Below are positions 26,340 to 38,872 of a DNA stretch of 64,000 nucleotides, piece by piece (within the stretch, counting starts at the first letter, position 1; the number at the start of each line of letters is the position of its first letter). The stretch is from Camelus dromedarius (Eukaryota), in assembly GCF_036321535.1 (NCBI RefSeq), contig NC_087436.1, positions 48,424,001 through 48,488,000 on the forward strand, in the 5' to 3' direction. The notes beneath the pieces are model-generated. The model was not told where the DNA came from and ran no database searches. It saw only the letters and a program-made list of their open reading frames with translations. Made by a program: the position numbers and the translations under genes.

Positions 26340-28444
26340 CAGGCATACCTGATTTTATTGTGCTTCCCTTTATTATGCTTCAGATATTGCATTATTTTAC
26401 AAATTGAAGGTTTATGGCAACTCTGCATCAAGCAAGTCTCTTGGCACCATTTTTCCAAAAGCACTTGTTCATTTCATGTCTCTCTGTCACATTTTGGTAA
26501 TTTTTGCAATATTTCAAACTTTTTCATTATTATTATATTTGTTATGGTGATCTGTGGTCAGTGATCTTTGATGTTACTATTGTAATTGCAAATACCCATA
26601 TAAAATGTTAAATAAATGTTGTGTGTTGTGACTGCTCTACTAACCAGACGAAACCATCCCTCTCCCTTTCCTCAGGCCTCTCTATTCCTTGAGACACACT
26701 GTTGAAATTTGGCCAATTAATAACCCTACAATGGTCTCTTAGTGTTCAAAGGAAAGGAAGAATCACACATCCTTTACTTTAAATCAAAAGCTAGAAATGA
26801 TTAAGCGTAGAGAGGAAGGCACATCAAAACCTGAGACAGGCCGGAACCTAGATCTCTTGTGCCAGTTAGCCAAGTTGTGAATGCAAAAGAAAGTTGAAGG
26901 AAATTAAAAGTGCTACTCCAGTGAAGACATGAATGGTAAGAAAGCAAAACAGTCTTATTGGTGACATGGAGAAAGTTTTAGCCGGTCTGGATAGAAACCA
27001 GCCAGAACATTCCCTTAAGTCAAAGCCCAAAAGCCACAGCAAAGCCCCAACTTTCTTCAATTTTGTGAAGGCTAAGAGAGATAAGAAATCCGCAAAAGAA
27101 AAGTTTAAAGTCAGCAGACACTGGTTCATGATTTAAAGAAAGTTGTCTCCATAACATAAAAATTCAAGGTGAAGTAGTAAGTGCAGATGTAGAAGCTGCA
27201 AGTTATCCAGAAGCTCTAGCTGAGATCATTAATGAGGGTGGCTCTTTACACTAAACAACAGATTTTCCACGTAGGTGAAACAGCATTCTATTGGAAAAAG
27301 ATGCCATCTAGGACTTTCATAGCTAGAGAGGAGAAGTCAATCCCTAGTTTCAAAGGACAGGCTGACTGTCTTGTCAGGGGCTAATGCAGCTGGTGACTTT
27401 AAGTTGAAGCCAATGCTCATTTACCATTCCAAAAACTGTGGGACCCTTAAAAATGATGCTAAATCTATTCTGCCTGTGCTCTATAAATGAAACACCAAAG
27501 CCTGTATGACAGCACATCTGTTTACAACATGGTTTACTAAATATTTAAAGCCCACTGTTGAGACTTTCTGCTCAGAAAAAAATGAGTCTGTTCAAACTGT
27601 TCCTGCTCACCCACAATGCACCTGGTCACCCAAGAGCTCTGATGAAGATGTGCAATGAGACTAAGGTCTGTAGCCCATGGATCAAAAAGTAATTTTGACT
27701 TTCAAGCCTTATTATTTAAGAAATACATTTTTGTAAGGCTATAGATACCATAGTGATTCTCCTGATGGAGCTAGGCAGTCAACTGAAAACCTTCTGGAAA
27801 GCATTTGCTATTCTAGACACCATAAAGAACATTTGTAATTAACAAAAAGAGGTCAAATATCAACATTAACAGGGGTCTGGAGGAAGCTGATTTCAATCCT
27901 CATGGATGATTTGAGGGGTTCAAGAAGTCAGTGGAGGAAGGAACTGCAGATGTGATGGAAACAGCAAGAGAACTAGAATTAGAAGTGGAACCTGAAAGTG
28001 TGACTGAATTATTGAGATCTCATGATAAAATTTAATGGATAAAGAGTTGCCTCCAATGGATGAGCAAGATTGAGAGGAAGATTCAAACAATACAGCAAAC
28101 TTCACTGTCTTATTTTTAAAAGTTACCACAGGCACCCCAGCCTTCAGCAAGGTTGCTGATCAGTCAGAAGCCATCAATATCAAAAAAAGACTCTCCCAGC
28201 AAAAAGATTATGACTTGCTGAAAGCTCAGGTGATAGCTAGCATTAGCAATAAAGTACTTTTAATTAAGGTGTGTATGTTATTTTTTAAGACGTAGTACTA
28301 TTGAACACTTAATAGACTACAGTATAGTGTAAACTAACTTTCACATGTACTGGGAAACAAAAAAATTCTGATTTGCTTTCTTGCAATATTTGCTTTATTG
28401 CAGTGGTCTAGAATCAAACCGGCAGCATTTACAAGGTATGCCTG
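26340..28444 (+). mobile_element. Near-full-length Tigger1 (TcMar-Tigger) with dead transposase
   Basis: TIRs CAGGCATACCT (26340) and AGGTATGCCTG (ends 28444), TA TSD on both sides; fragmented pogo-type transposase (e.g. MVRKQNSLIGDMEKVL). Confidence 0.93.
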
Positions 28445-29000
28445 TATAGGCTTCGGTAGCCAATTAGATATGAAAATTGAGGGACAGGGACAAGTTTAAG
28501 TTGACTGTAAGATTTCTAGTCTGATTGCCTAAGTGGACATGATACACCTCCTACTTCAGTTCCTTGGGGTTCCTCAAACCTTAACACCCCCATGCCTTAG
28601 TTCATACCTTCTGCTTTTTCTGTCTTCACAAATGGTTCTAAGGTAACTTTCTACCTGTGACTTCTCTGAAGTCCCTATATACTATATATACTCTATATAT
28701 ACACCTAAATTCAGTCAGATCAAACTATACAAGAGCCTCTACACTTAATCTTTATTTTCTACGTTTTAAGTTATGCTGGTCTCTCTACCTCAAATGCCAC
28801 ACTCTTACTTACCCCTGTCAACCTGGTCAATCTTCACATGTCCTTTAGGGCCCAGCTTCTCTATTCCAATATCCGATTATTCCAAACTTTATTCTAGTTC
28901 ATAAAAGTTTGAACTTTTCTTTGTGACGCCATTATTGTTATCAAAAATGTTGATCTGATAAACCAGTCAAGTGACAAATAACTTTAAAGGTTAAAAATAC

Positions 29001-29171
29001 CTTTCTTTTCAATTTTATCCTTCACCTTCTTTTCTTCTCCTTCTCCTCCTCCTTTTATCTGCTCTTTGGCACCAGAAGATATGGTTGTTATTGGTATAGA
29101 CTGTACCACATTTTCAGAAGCTGTAGAATCAGCTTGCAGTGGAGTATCAGATGGGAATGGTATTTGTTTCA
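29001..29171 (-). CDS. AIMP1: AIMP1 coding exon (linker region)
   Basis: ctctgtcag|TG...KQIPFPSDTPLQADSTASENVVQSIPITTISSGAKEQIKGGGEGEEKKVKDKIEKK G|gtattt; 171 nt. Confidence 0.96.
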
Positions 29172-29256
29172 CTGACAGAGAAAATGAAATAGATAATGCC
29201 ATTTATATTCAAACAAACAAATGGAAAACCATGAAACTGTGAATCAAAAATATGAA

Positions 29257-29875
29257 TTTTTTTTATTGAAGTATAGTTGATATACAATATTATATAAGTT
29301 GTAGGTGTACAATACAGTGATTCACAATTTGTAAAGGTTATACTCCATGTATAGTTATTATAAAATATTGGCTATACTCTCCATGTTGCACAATATATCC
29401 TTGTAGTTTACTTTATACCTAATACTTATACCTCTTAACTCACTACCCCTATACTCCCACTCCCCACACCCCTCTCCCACTGGTAACCACTAGTTTGTTC
29501 TTTGTATCTGTGAGTCAGCTTCTTTTCTGTTATATTTAATAGTCTGTTGTATTTTTTAGATTCCATATGTAAGTGATTTAATACAGTATTTGTCTTTCTC
29601 TGACTTATTTCACTTAGCATAATACCCTCCAAATCCATCTATGCTGCTGCAAATGGCAAAATTTCATTTTTTTTAATAGCTGAGTGGTATTCCATTGTAT
29701 AAATATACCACATCTTTATCCATTCATCTGTTGATGGATATTGATGCTGCTTCCATATCTTGGTGATTGTAAATAATGCTTGTATGAACATTGGGGTGCA
29801 TGTATCTTTTCAAATTAGTGCTTTTGGTTTTTTAGGATATATAAACCCAGGAACAGAATTGCCAGCTCATATGGT
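29257..29875 (-). mobile_element. 5'-truncated L1 3' end with TSD, sense to AIMP1
   Basis: aaaatatgaa repeated at 29247-29256 and 29876-29885; poly-T then ttattgaagtatagttgatatacaat; ORF2 tail MDLEGIMLSEISQ. Confidence 0.9.
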
Positions 29876-31500
29876 AAAATATGAACTCTTTTTAAAACAG
29901 AAATTCATTGTATTTGAGTATCAAGTCTCTACTATCTGAGATTATAAAAAGGCTGCCAAGAAATTATGTATATTTTAACCATGATAAAAGAATGCATCAT
30001 TTTCACTTAATCACTAACAACTAAACTGAGAAAATTATAGGTAACAACAATTTTAGCTAATATTTATTATGAACTTACTAAGTCCTAGACACTTTTCAAA
30101 ATGCTTTATATGAATTAACTCTTGCAATTCTCATAAATACCCTACATGGTAAGTTCTATTCATATCCATTTACAGATGATCAACCTGAGCCAAACAGAAG
30201 ACACAGGCCCTTCATACACACAGTGAGTAGGGAAGTAAGAATTTATACCCAGGCTGTCTGTCTCCAGAGACTATACCCTCATGGTTTAGCAACATGGCAT
30301 GTTTTTCACTCAGGTTTTCTTTTAAACTGAACAATCAACTGGAAAGATGTTTTAATAATAGTCATTTCTATATCAGAATTAATGGAGAGACAATAGCATC
30401 ACTTGTCCATAATTCTATTTCAAAAAACAACTTTTTAAAGAAGCAAAGAAAACTGCTTCAGCAATGTTAAAAACATTTTCATAGCCTAGTGAACATACAA
30501 AAATATAATCTTGTGAGGGATTTTGATATGGCTGACATTCCGGCCAATATTCAGATCACTTTTCTGAGGTACTTTTTAAGTTCCTTGGAGGCTATTGCTT
30601 CTTTTAGTAATGTGACCCTCCATCCATTCCTATTTTATGTTTCACCATCAGACAGGAATTCAGCACTTTAATTCAAGCTGTTGGTTTGTTTTAGCATTTC
30701 ATTAATAAGATGAGAATTTAAAAGTTTAATGTTTACAGGGCAATCTTCTAGAGCTAGAAGAAATGACAAGAAGTTTTACATTGCTAATATTTTAGTTGTT
30801 TATTTAATTCTATACCTATATTCCAAACCCTCTAATCTTGAGAAACATCAATTAGCCTCAAATTTTCCACTGACAAAAAATATTCTCTCCAGTTGATAGT
30901 TTTAAATAAATATTATTGATGTTTTTCCTTACTTTCATTTAGCTTACTAAGGGTAGAGTTCACAGTACAGCATTCAAAATAACTTACTGACAGAATAAAG
31001 GTCAAAAGAAGTAGTAGTAAGAGAGGTTTCCCTATACTTGGGCCTCCTTAATTCACCTAGGAAATATTTTCTCCAATACAATCAAATGCCTTCCTATGTG
31101 GTACTTTGAAATTATAATAGAATTATTATTACTATTAATGTTATTTTATAATAATGTAAATTTAGCTAGACACCTTTAAAATAATTTAAAAAAATATAAT
31201 TTTATTTACAACATAATAGCTGAAATGATAATTACCTGCTGGCTTGGATAACTTATAGATAGTATTTAATTTCAGGCAAATTACTATACATCTCTCAGCT
31301 TCAATGTATAAAACAAGGACATTTATGTACAAATAATTTTAAGGATAAAATGTGTATGTATGAAGCACTTGGCACACAGTGCTTGGTATACAGAAAAACT
31401 TAATAAATGCTAATTAAGTATTATTATGGCTTACAACTATTCACTAGGGAACAGTGATGATCAAGTTGAAGTATAGTACAGAGATTAAAAACAGGTTTCT

Positions 31501-31705
31501 TATAAAATATATAAACAACAAGTTTCTACTGTATAGCACAGGGAACTATATTCAATATCTTATAATAACTTATGGTGAAAAAGAATACGAAAGCAAATAT
31601 ATGTATGTTCATGTATGACGGAAGCATTATGCTATACGCTAGAAACTGACACAACATTGTAAACTGACTATACTTCAATAAAAATATATATACCAAAAAA
31701 AAAAA
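31501..31705 (+). mobile_element. Short L1 3' end inserted in a MIR
   Basis: ctgtatagcacagggaactatattcaatatc...gacacaacattgtaaactgactatacttcaataaaa plus A-tail; aggtttct duplicated on both sides. Confidence 0.85.
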
Positions 31706-31925
31706 GCATAGGTTTCTGAAGCCCAGCTTTGATACTTTTTGCATGATCTCAGGCAAGATCATTTGCCTTTTCTAAGTCTCTTCAATCTCGGAGGATGAAT
31801 GCATGAGAAGGCTGCTGTGGGGATAAGATGAGCAACCAAGTATAAAACCTAACTTAATAAACAATAAATGATATACTACTTATTATTATAAATTAAAACA
31901 ACCTATCATTTCCACATTTAATCAC

Positions 31926-32039
31926 CTCCATTTTGAATTTCTGCCTTAATTAGCTCCTGTTTCAATTCTTCAATTTCTTTCTTCAATTTGGCATTTTCAA
32001 CTCGAAGTTTCTTCTCTTCTCTCAAAGTTGCCTGCAAAA
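31926..32039 (-). CDS. AIMP1: AIMP1 coding exon (N-terminal coiled coil)
   Basis: gatctcag|TT...LQATLREEKKLRVENAKLKKEIEELKQELIKAEIQNG G|gtgatt; 114 nt. Confidence 0.96.
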
Positions 32040-32589
32040 CTGAGATCAAAAACATCCATATAAGATAGATACAGCAGTGCTTTCCAAATGGTTTCTTATG
32101 AATACTACTTGAAAACAGCATAGCCAGTATAAACATAGCTCATAACCAAATGTTTGGCCAGTTCCTTTACATCAGTTTAGTATTTATTAAAACAACATAT
32201 TTAAAAGAGAGAGAAAAAGGGAGAAAATCTGTGAAAAGGTTTTGTTAACCAATCATTTTCCTAGCTTTTATAAAGATGCTTATGACAACTTAAATTCAGA
32301 GTGTCAGTAACATTAACTGCAAGAAACAAAGACAAATATTAGATATACTAATTTTTAAAAAACATTTTTGAGATCTAATGATACCAAACAATAAAAAATT
32401 ATTCTCATTTATTCCTTTTTAGTCATTACCTTGTAAAAGGAGCTAAATAATCTTTTACTCCTAATGTCACAGAAGTTGAGCTGGTCAAACATTTAATGAA
32501 TGAAATTAACTCCAAAGATTTGCTCAATATATAATATGTGTTAAAGGTGAGCAACAGGGTATATAGAAATATTAAAAAAAAAAAAAAGT

Positions 32590-33240
32590 TACTCTCAGTG
32601 GGGTTGGTACTGCTCCCTAGATGGGATTTTGAAAATCTGTGGTAGCATTTTGATTGTCACAAATATTACTGGCATTTGTTGGAGAGGGGTCAGGGATGCC
32701 AGATGTCCTGCAATATACTTGATACTCCTGCAAAATGAACAGTCATCTCACATCCTACAGGATATTGCAGTGACTTACTGTATATTTGTATAAGTGAAAA
32801 TCTTGTTAATTATTTGAGCCTAGATCCTAACCATTTTTTATATATAAGCATGAAATATTCTTAAATGTTTTCATTATACTCTGAATTTTCTAGGAATCAA
32901 GTACCATGTAAATTAAGAAGAGACAGTACTTTGTTTTGTTCAGGAGCTTTACCTAAAGAATCATTGGTCATTCCAAGTAAGTCAAAAACATGACTGCAGG
33001 CTGCTTCTCGTATCTGAATTGCCTACACTAAGGCAGACTATATCAGTCTATATCAATCAGTGTTATACCTGTAGCATTCCTGGTGATTCCACATATCTGA
33101 ACCATATAGCATATGACCTTCATATGTCTGGGAGTATAGTCCTACCTAAGTATTTACTTACTGAAATACATATTTTATTATTACTATTTACAAATTACTT
33201 TCTTAAAAGAATTTAAAAATTCTTCTGTATATTACATCCA
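32590..33240. mobile_element. MER20B-like hAT-Charlie element
   Basis: ggtactgctccctagatggg...ttgtcacaaatattactggcatt...gggatgccagatgtcctgcaat...gagcctagatcctaac...gtactttgttttgttcaggagctttacc, collinear with the recalled consensus. Confidence 0.75.
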
Positions 33241-34045
33241 TCTCTATATTATATATCTTCTTATTAATGGGAAGAAATATTAAGAGTTTTAAGTAATAAG
33301 AAAGCACTTAAAATTTTAAGAAAAATACTTATAAAAACATTATAAAAAAAGAAATAATTAAAACAGTATTTAAAATTAAGAAAAAAACTGATAAAGGGAA
33401 AAATCTGGGGAGAGTAAATGTAGGATTCTATAAGCCAATCAGTTTTATGTAGCAGAGAAAAGCATTTATTTCTGTAAGTGATGGTAAAAGATTTTAGAAT
33501 TTTCATTACATTAACATTGGCTACTGAGAAATAAATTACAGTTAAACAAACAAAACAAAAGTCAACCTACATTCTAAAAGCAGAAATTCATATTGGATAT
33601 TTTTGTACATATCATAGCAATCTCTAAGCAAAACTAAAGTATTGGAAAAATAGTCATTTCATAAAATGTTTTAGCAGAGAGTAATGTGAAAGTATATATT
33701 TTCTTCTATACAAGATTAGAGAATATGTTTTAGTTCATACTTGATTTTACCCAATTTCCTCATTTTTCATCTCTAATTCTATACCAATTTATTTTAAATA
33801 TTAATTTTCCTTTAGTAGTCTTGAAGTAATACATTGTTTTCTCTAAATATCATACATTCACTTACCCTAATTCTAACTTACCTTAATCCTAGTATATCAT
33901 TTCACTCAAAATTATTATTAAAGGAATATAAAAGTTATCAATAAGATTGTGAAGTAATAATGTATGTGTAAAAACATTTTTTTCTGCTCTGTCAATTTAT
34001 GAATTCATTTTTGAGTATCCTCTTAGAAAATTTAAATTTTCTTAC

Positions 34046-34154
34046 TTGCTTTCTCCTTAAGAAGAGCAACTTGCTGCTTAAGATATTCAATAATTTGATC
34101 TGCCTCTGCACCCTTCTGTTCCAGTCTCTTCAGGACAGCATCACTGGTTGCCAT
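34046..34154 (-). CDS. AIMP1: AIMP1 first coding exon (exon spans 34179-34046)
   Basis: Acceptor ttttcacttag at 34180; strong Kozak AAAATGG at 34154; MATSDAVLKRLEQKGAEADQIIEYLKQQVALLKEKA A|gtaag; 109 nt. The six exons sum to 942 nt = 313 aa plus stop. Confidence 0.97.
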
Positions 34155-36957
34155 TTTTGCAAAGAAACGGCAGAAAATCCTAAGTGAAAAAATAAAAGTG
34201 ATAAATTATACTGTAGAAGGAATAAATTTATTGTATAGGACACCATGAACAAGCAGTCTGAAATGAAAAGCATTTTCTACTGTAACAGAACAATGAAAAA
34301 CATTTTTCCTACGTAGAGCAACAGACCAAACAGAAGGCAAAAATATTAATAGGTTAATTTCTCATTCTGTTTGGAAAAGAAAATTGATTTTTTTCTAAAA
34401 AGCAGAAAACATGCTATTTAACCATATTTTAGGCTGGAAAGCTTTAAAGAAAGCTTTAAAACACTGCAGACTATTATGACATAAGATGGGAACGCTAAGG
34501 GAAAAAATAACAATAACTTCAACTAAGGGATAACCGAGCACCACGACGGGGTTCCAAAGTAAAAAGAATTGCTTTCTTTCTTTCTATGTTTCTTTTGTAT
34601 ATTGGATATTTCTACTGTTTATTTAATTATGTACAAATTTAAGGAAAAATAGGTAAATTAGGGAGGCCAAACAAATATTAAAAGAAAAAGGTCAACAATT
34701 TGGAAAACATCCATATTATTCATACACCTACTCAAATAATGTCAGTATCATACTGTATCCTATGTAAAAGAAATTAGAATAAGAATTTTAACTTTAAACT
34801 AATTCATAGAACTTAGAAAAAAATTATCAATGTGCAGAAAAATGCATATAAGCAAATATCCTGAGATTAATTCATCATACTTAAGTTCAAACTGCCAAAT
34901 ATTAAGAAAAATAGTCACACTGACAAAAGACAAGGTTAATCATTAACAATACTATGAATTGCTCTTTTTTACCTAATTTAACATCAATTTATAATTCAAA
35001 CTGTGACATAAGCACTTCTGAAATAATTCTGATTTTAAATGATGCACACTCAATAAATGGTAAATTTCTTTCATAAAGAAAAAATTGGCTAATAATGGAC
35101 AAATAATACAAATTTCAACTAGGCAATAACCATCTTATACAAAGAACACTTAAATGTTTGCTTTTTTTATAAAAAGAAAACCAACCCTCAAAATACTTCA
35201 TGCTAAAATTGACAATTTATGATATGAAAGCAATTTTTTAATCCTATGAAAATAAAGTTGCTAGTAAATGAAGAAAATATAAATGGGGGATTAATCTGGA
35301 ATAAGCTCCTTTTCTACAAGCACTGTTACTTAATTGTTTAGAAAAATACAGAGCAAAAAAGAAAAAAGGTATAAAAAAATTGAAAATGAAGATATCACCT
35401 TTTAAATTCTGCCAATTTTTTACGAAAAGTGAATACAGGATGCCCTGTTGTGCCTCAAATGTCTGCAAAGCCAGAATTTTAGAGAAAAATACAGATGGAC
35501 ATATGATAAGTGTTAAAGTAAAAAAGCTATGCTCTTCTCAACCTTTAATATACTAGTTATAGCATTCTTTCAGTTTGACATCTATTTTACTCTAATAGTA
35601 ATGATCAAATACATTCAAAAGGTGAAATATAGCTATCAAAAACAAGTAAAATAATGAGTATTTGATTTGGCATAATTTGTAACTTTTAATTTCCTGGCAA
35701 AGAAAATTTTAATGAGTAATACTAAGATGAATATGAAATGAGTGATATACTTTGAAAAAAGCCCTAATAAACTTGTATCTAAACTGATATGAAACAAACA
35801 GATTTAAGTATAAAATAGTTCTCATGAATTCCACAGTAGGCCCAGAAATTAATCTCACAAATACCAGCTAAGTTGCTTATAAAGCAAAACATGAAACTCT
35901 TATCCTGACTCACATAAAAAGCTTCAAAACAAAGATTAACGATAATTTGCAAAAATAAAGATTACACATCCTAGCCTAAGAGAAAAAAATACATAATTTT
36001 ACTGAGGTAAACCTATTAACTACCTGGAAAATACAGTTGCAAAAAAGAGTGAACTAAAATTTGACTTTTTAAACACGTATTAAAGCACAGGTGTAAGTTC
36101 AGGAAGAGAGAATGCCATGTTTCAAAACACAGAAACACAAATGAGCTGAACATATAAAGATATGTACACATAAGAGGAAACAATGCGATAAGTGAGAAAA
36201 CAGAGTAATCCTCAAAATCTTTGTTATCTAATAGTGTAAAGAGATTAGGAAATGTAAATGAAAAGACTGCCATCTCAGTGAAACCAAAATATTATTATCA
36301 CAAACTAAAAACACAAAAAGAATTACAGCTGGTTAAGATCAGGTAATAATTCATTTGGTAGGAGATGGTATAATGTTCAGCTTTAAACATTTTTATGAGT
36401 AAATCCACATGACAGTTTTTTCCAATAAAATGTTCAACATAAAACATACCTTACCCACATAGTTAGTAAAATATGTTAGTAACAGAGAGAAATGATAATG
36501 GAAAAGACAAATATAGGCCATAAAGTCTTAAAATACCAAGAATAGTGAGGGATGACAGTGATCCTACTCAACCATTCACATATAAAATAATTATGGATGA
36601 TAGTAGAAACCATCTCGAATTTCCTGTTAGCTATTACTAGGTAATAGTAATACCTAATTTTTCTTTAGTAGCTGCCAGGTCCTGTTCTAAGCAGTTCATA
36701 ATATTAACCTATTTAATCAACACACAACCATGAGGTACATACTATTATCACTCCTTCTCCTTATATAGAACATTGAGAACTTACTACAAGAGTAATAAGA
36801 GAAAAGCAATTTAATAAAAAGAACATGGACCTGTAAATCACACAGACCTTGGATCAAATCCTATCCTTTGCTTCTCTGTGACTTGACAGTTGTGTGACCT
36901 TCAACAACTTACTTAATCTTTCTGAGCCTGTTTTATTTACAAAATTGAGATAATTTT

Positions 36958-38228
36958 TTTCTTTTTTCAGTTCTATTAGGTAGATTACTGTTTGACTACA
37001 CATATTCATTCTATTGCATGTAAGTACATATATACAATATACTGCACAATTTTAAGTTTAATATATGTACTGATCATTGTTTCTAAGAACAGATTAGAGC
37101 TTTAGCTTTTAAACTTACATAGTCATTAAAGGAATAAAGCCAGATACAAAATAAGAATCAACAGAATGCGGTAATCCAATCATAAAGGACAGTCAAATGT
37201 GCTTACACATATTCAAGAAATCAATCATCTAAGTTATAAATAAGTAGTTCATTTGTGTCCTTTTTAAGATTCCACATATAAGTGATATCATATGGCATTT
37301 TTCTTTCTCTTTCCAGCCCACTTCACTTAGAATGACGATCTCCAGGTCCATTCATGTTGCTGCAAATGGCATTGTTTTATTCTTTTTTTATGGCTGAGTA
37401 GTACTCCATTGTATATATGTACCACATCTTCTTTATCCGTCATCTGTTGATGGACATTTTCAGTCATCTGTTGATGGACATTTGGGATGTTTCAATGTCT
37501 TGGCTATCGTAAACAGTGCTGTTATGAACACCGGGGTGCGCGTGTCTTTTTGAACTTTATTTTCCTCCAGGTATATATGCCCAGGAGTGGGATTGCTGGA
37601 TCATATGGTAAGTCTATTTTTTGTTTTTTAAGGAACCTCCATACTGTCCTCCATAGTGGCTGTACCAATCTACACTCCCACCAACAGTGAATGAGGGTTT
37701 CCTTTTCTCCACACCCTCTCCAGCATCTATCAATTGTAGACTTTTTAATGATAGCCATTCTGGCTGGTGTGAAGTGATATCTCATTGTAGTTTTGATCTG
37801 CATTTCTCTGACAATTAGCAATGCTGAACATTTTTTCATGTGTCTATTGGTCATTTGTATGTCTTCATTAGAGAACTGCTTGTTTAGGTCTTCTGCCCAT
37901 TTTTGGATTGGGTTGCTTGGTTTTTTTTGGTATTAAGGTGTATGAGCTGTTTGCATATTTTGGAAATTAGTCCCTTGTCAGTCGCATCATTTACAAATAT
38001 TTTCTCCCATTCTGTAGGTTGTCTTTTCATTTTGTTGATGGTATCCTTAGTTGTGCAAAAGCTTTTAAGTTTAATTAGATCCCATTTGTTTACTTTTGCT
38101 TTTATTGCCATTACTCCAGGAGCTGGTCCAAAAAATACATTGCTGTGATTTATGTCTGAGATTGTTCTGCCTATGTTTTCCTCTAGGAGTTTTATAGTAT
38201 CTGGTCTTACATATAGGTCTTTAATCCA
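36958..38228 (-). mobile_element. 5'-truncated L1 with 20-bp TSD and an atypical 3' segment
   Basis: TSD tacaaaattgagataatttt (36938-36957) / tacaaaatggagataatttt (38229-38248); ORF2 C-terminus in ORFs 37884-38111 and 37522-37854; internal tandem duplication at 37439-37483. Confidence 0.9.
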
Positions 38229-38254
38229 TACAAAATGGAGATAATTTTATATAT

Positions 38255-38872
38255 TGAAACTGTGCCCCATAGAGTTAAAGGAAGTTGATAACTAAAAGAA
38301 ATTCTTGAGCTTGTCTTACAGAACAGCAGATAAGGGAACAGCTTGTTAAAACTCCTTTGCTTATAAACTGCTTTCATTGACTATACTCACTTTAGTTATT
38401 TTTTTCTTTTTCTCTCTTTAACTGCATATCCTTCCCACTTCACACAGCCCAGTTGTTTTACAGAATCTTGGAGTCAGCTCAGTGGGACCCACCAACCCTA
38501 AAACTGGGCCTGCACAGGTGTCTGAAGAATGGTGTCTAGAAATCAGAGGGCTGACAAACTCCACCCTTGGATCATGTTAAGTGCCTTCATTTTCAATATG
38601 CTGAAACGTAACCCAGATAAGCCTGCACAGAACACTGATTGCCTAACCTTTATCCCTACCTCCAATCAGCTTTCCCCATCCCCATGCCTAAGACCACCCT
38701 GCTTATCCCATAAACATCCCAACCCTCTTGCCTTGAGGGAGGCAAATCTGAGACTTATTCTCCCCTCTTCCGGCTTGGCTATCTTGTGAATAAACTCCTT
38801 CTTGGCTATAAACCTTGTCACCTCAGCCTTTGGCTTGCTACTCACTGGGCAAATAGACCTGGTTCAGTAACA
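38255..38872 (+). mobile_element. Solo ERV1-class LTR
   Basis: TG...CA termini, 4-bp TSD atat (38251-38254 and 38873-38876), AATAAA at ~38788, end ggttcagtaaca. Confidence 0.85.

Noticed and set aside
26933..27136. Domesticated TIGD-like transposase
   Set aside because: Many stops and frameshifts inside an ordinary Tigger1 copy.
20489..32136. ORF-track starts and stops for AIMP1-containing ORFs (20489-20752, 23551-23814, 28984-29202, 31918-32136)
   Set aside because: Their ends are intronic read-through; true boundaries are the splice sites listed in features.
37522..38111. Functional reverse transcriptase gene
   Set aside because: 5'-truncated, interrupted L1 ORF2 remnant; the same applies to 16437-16965.
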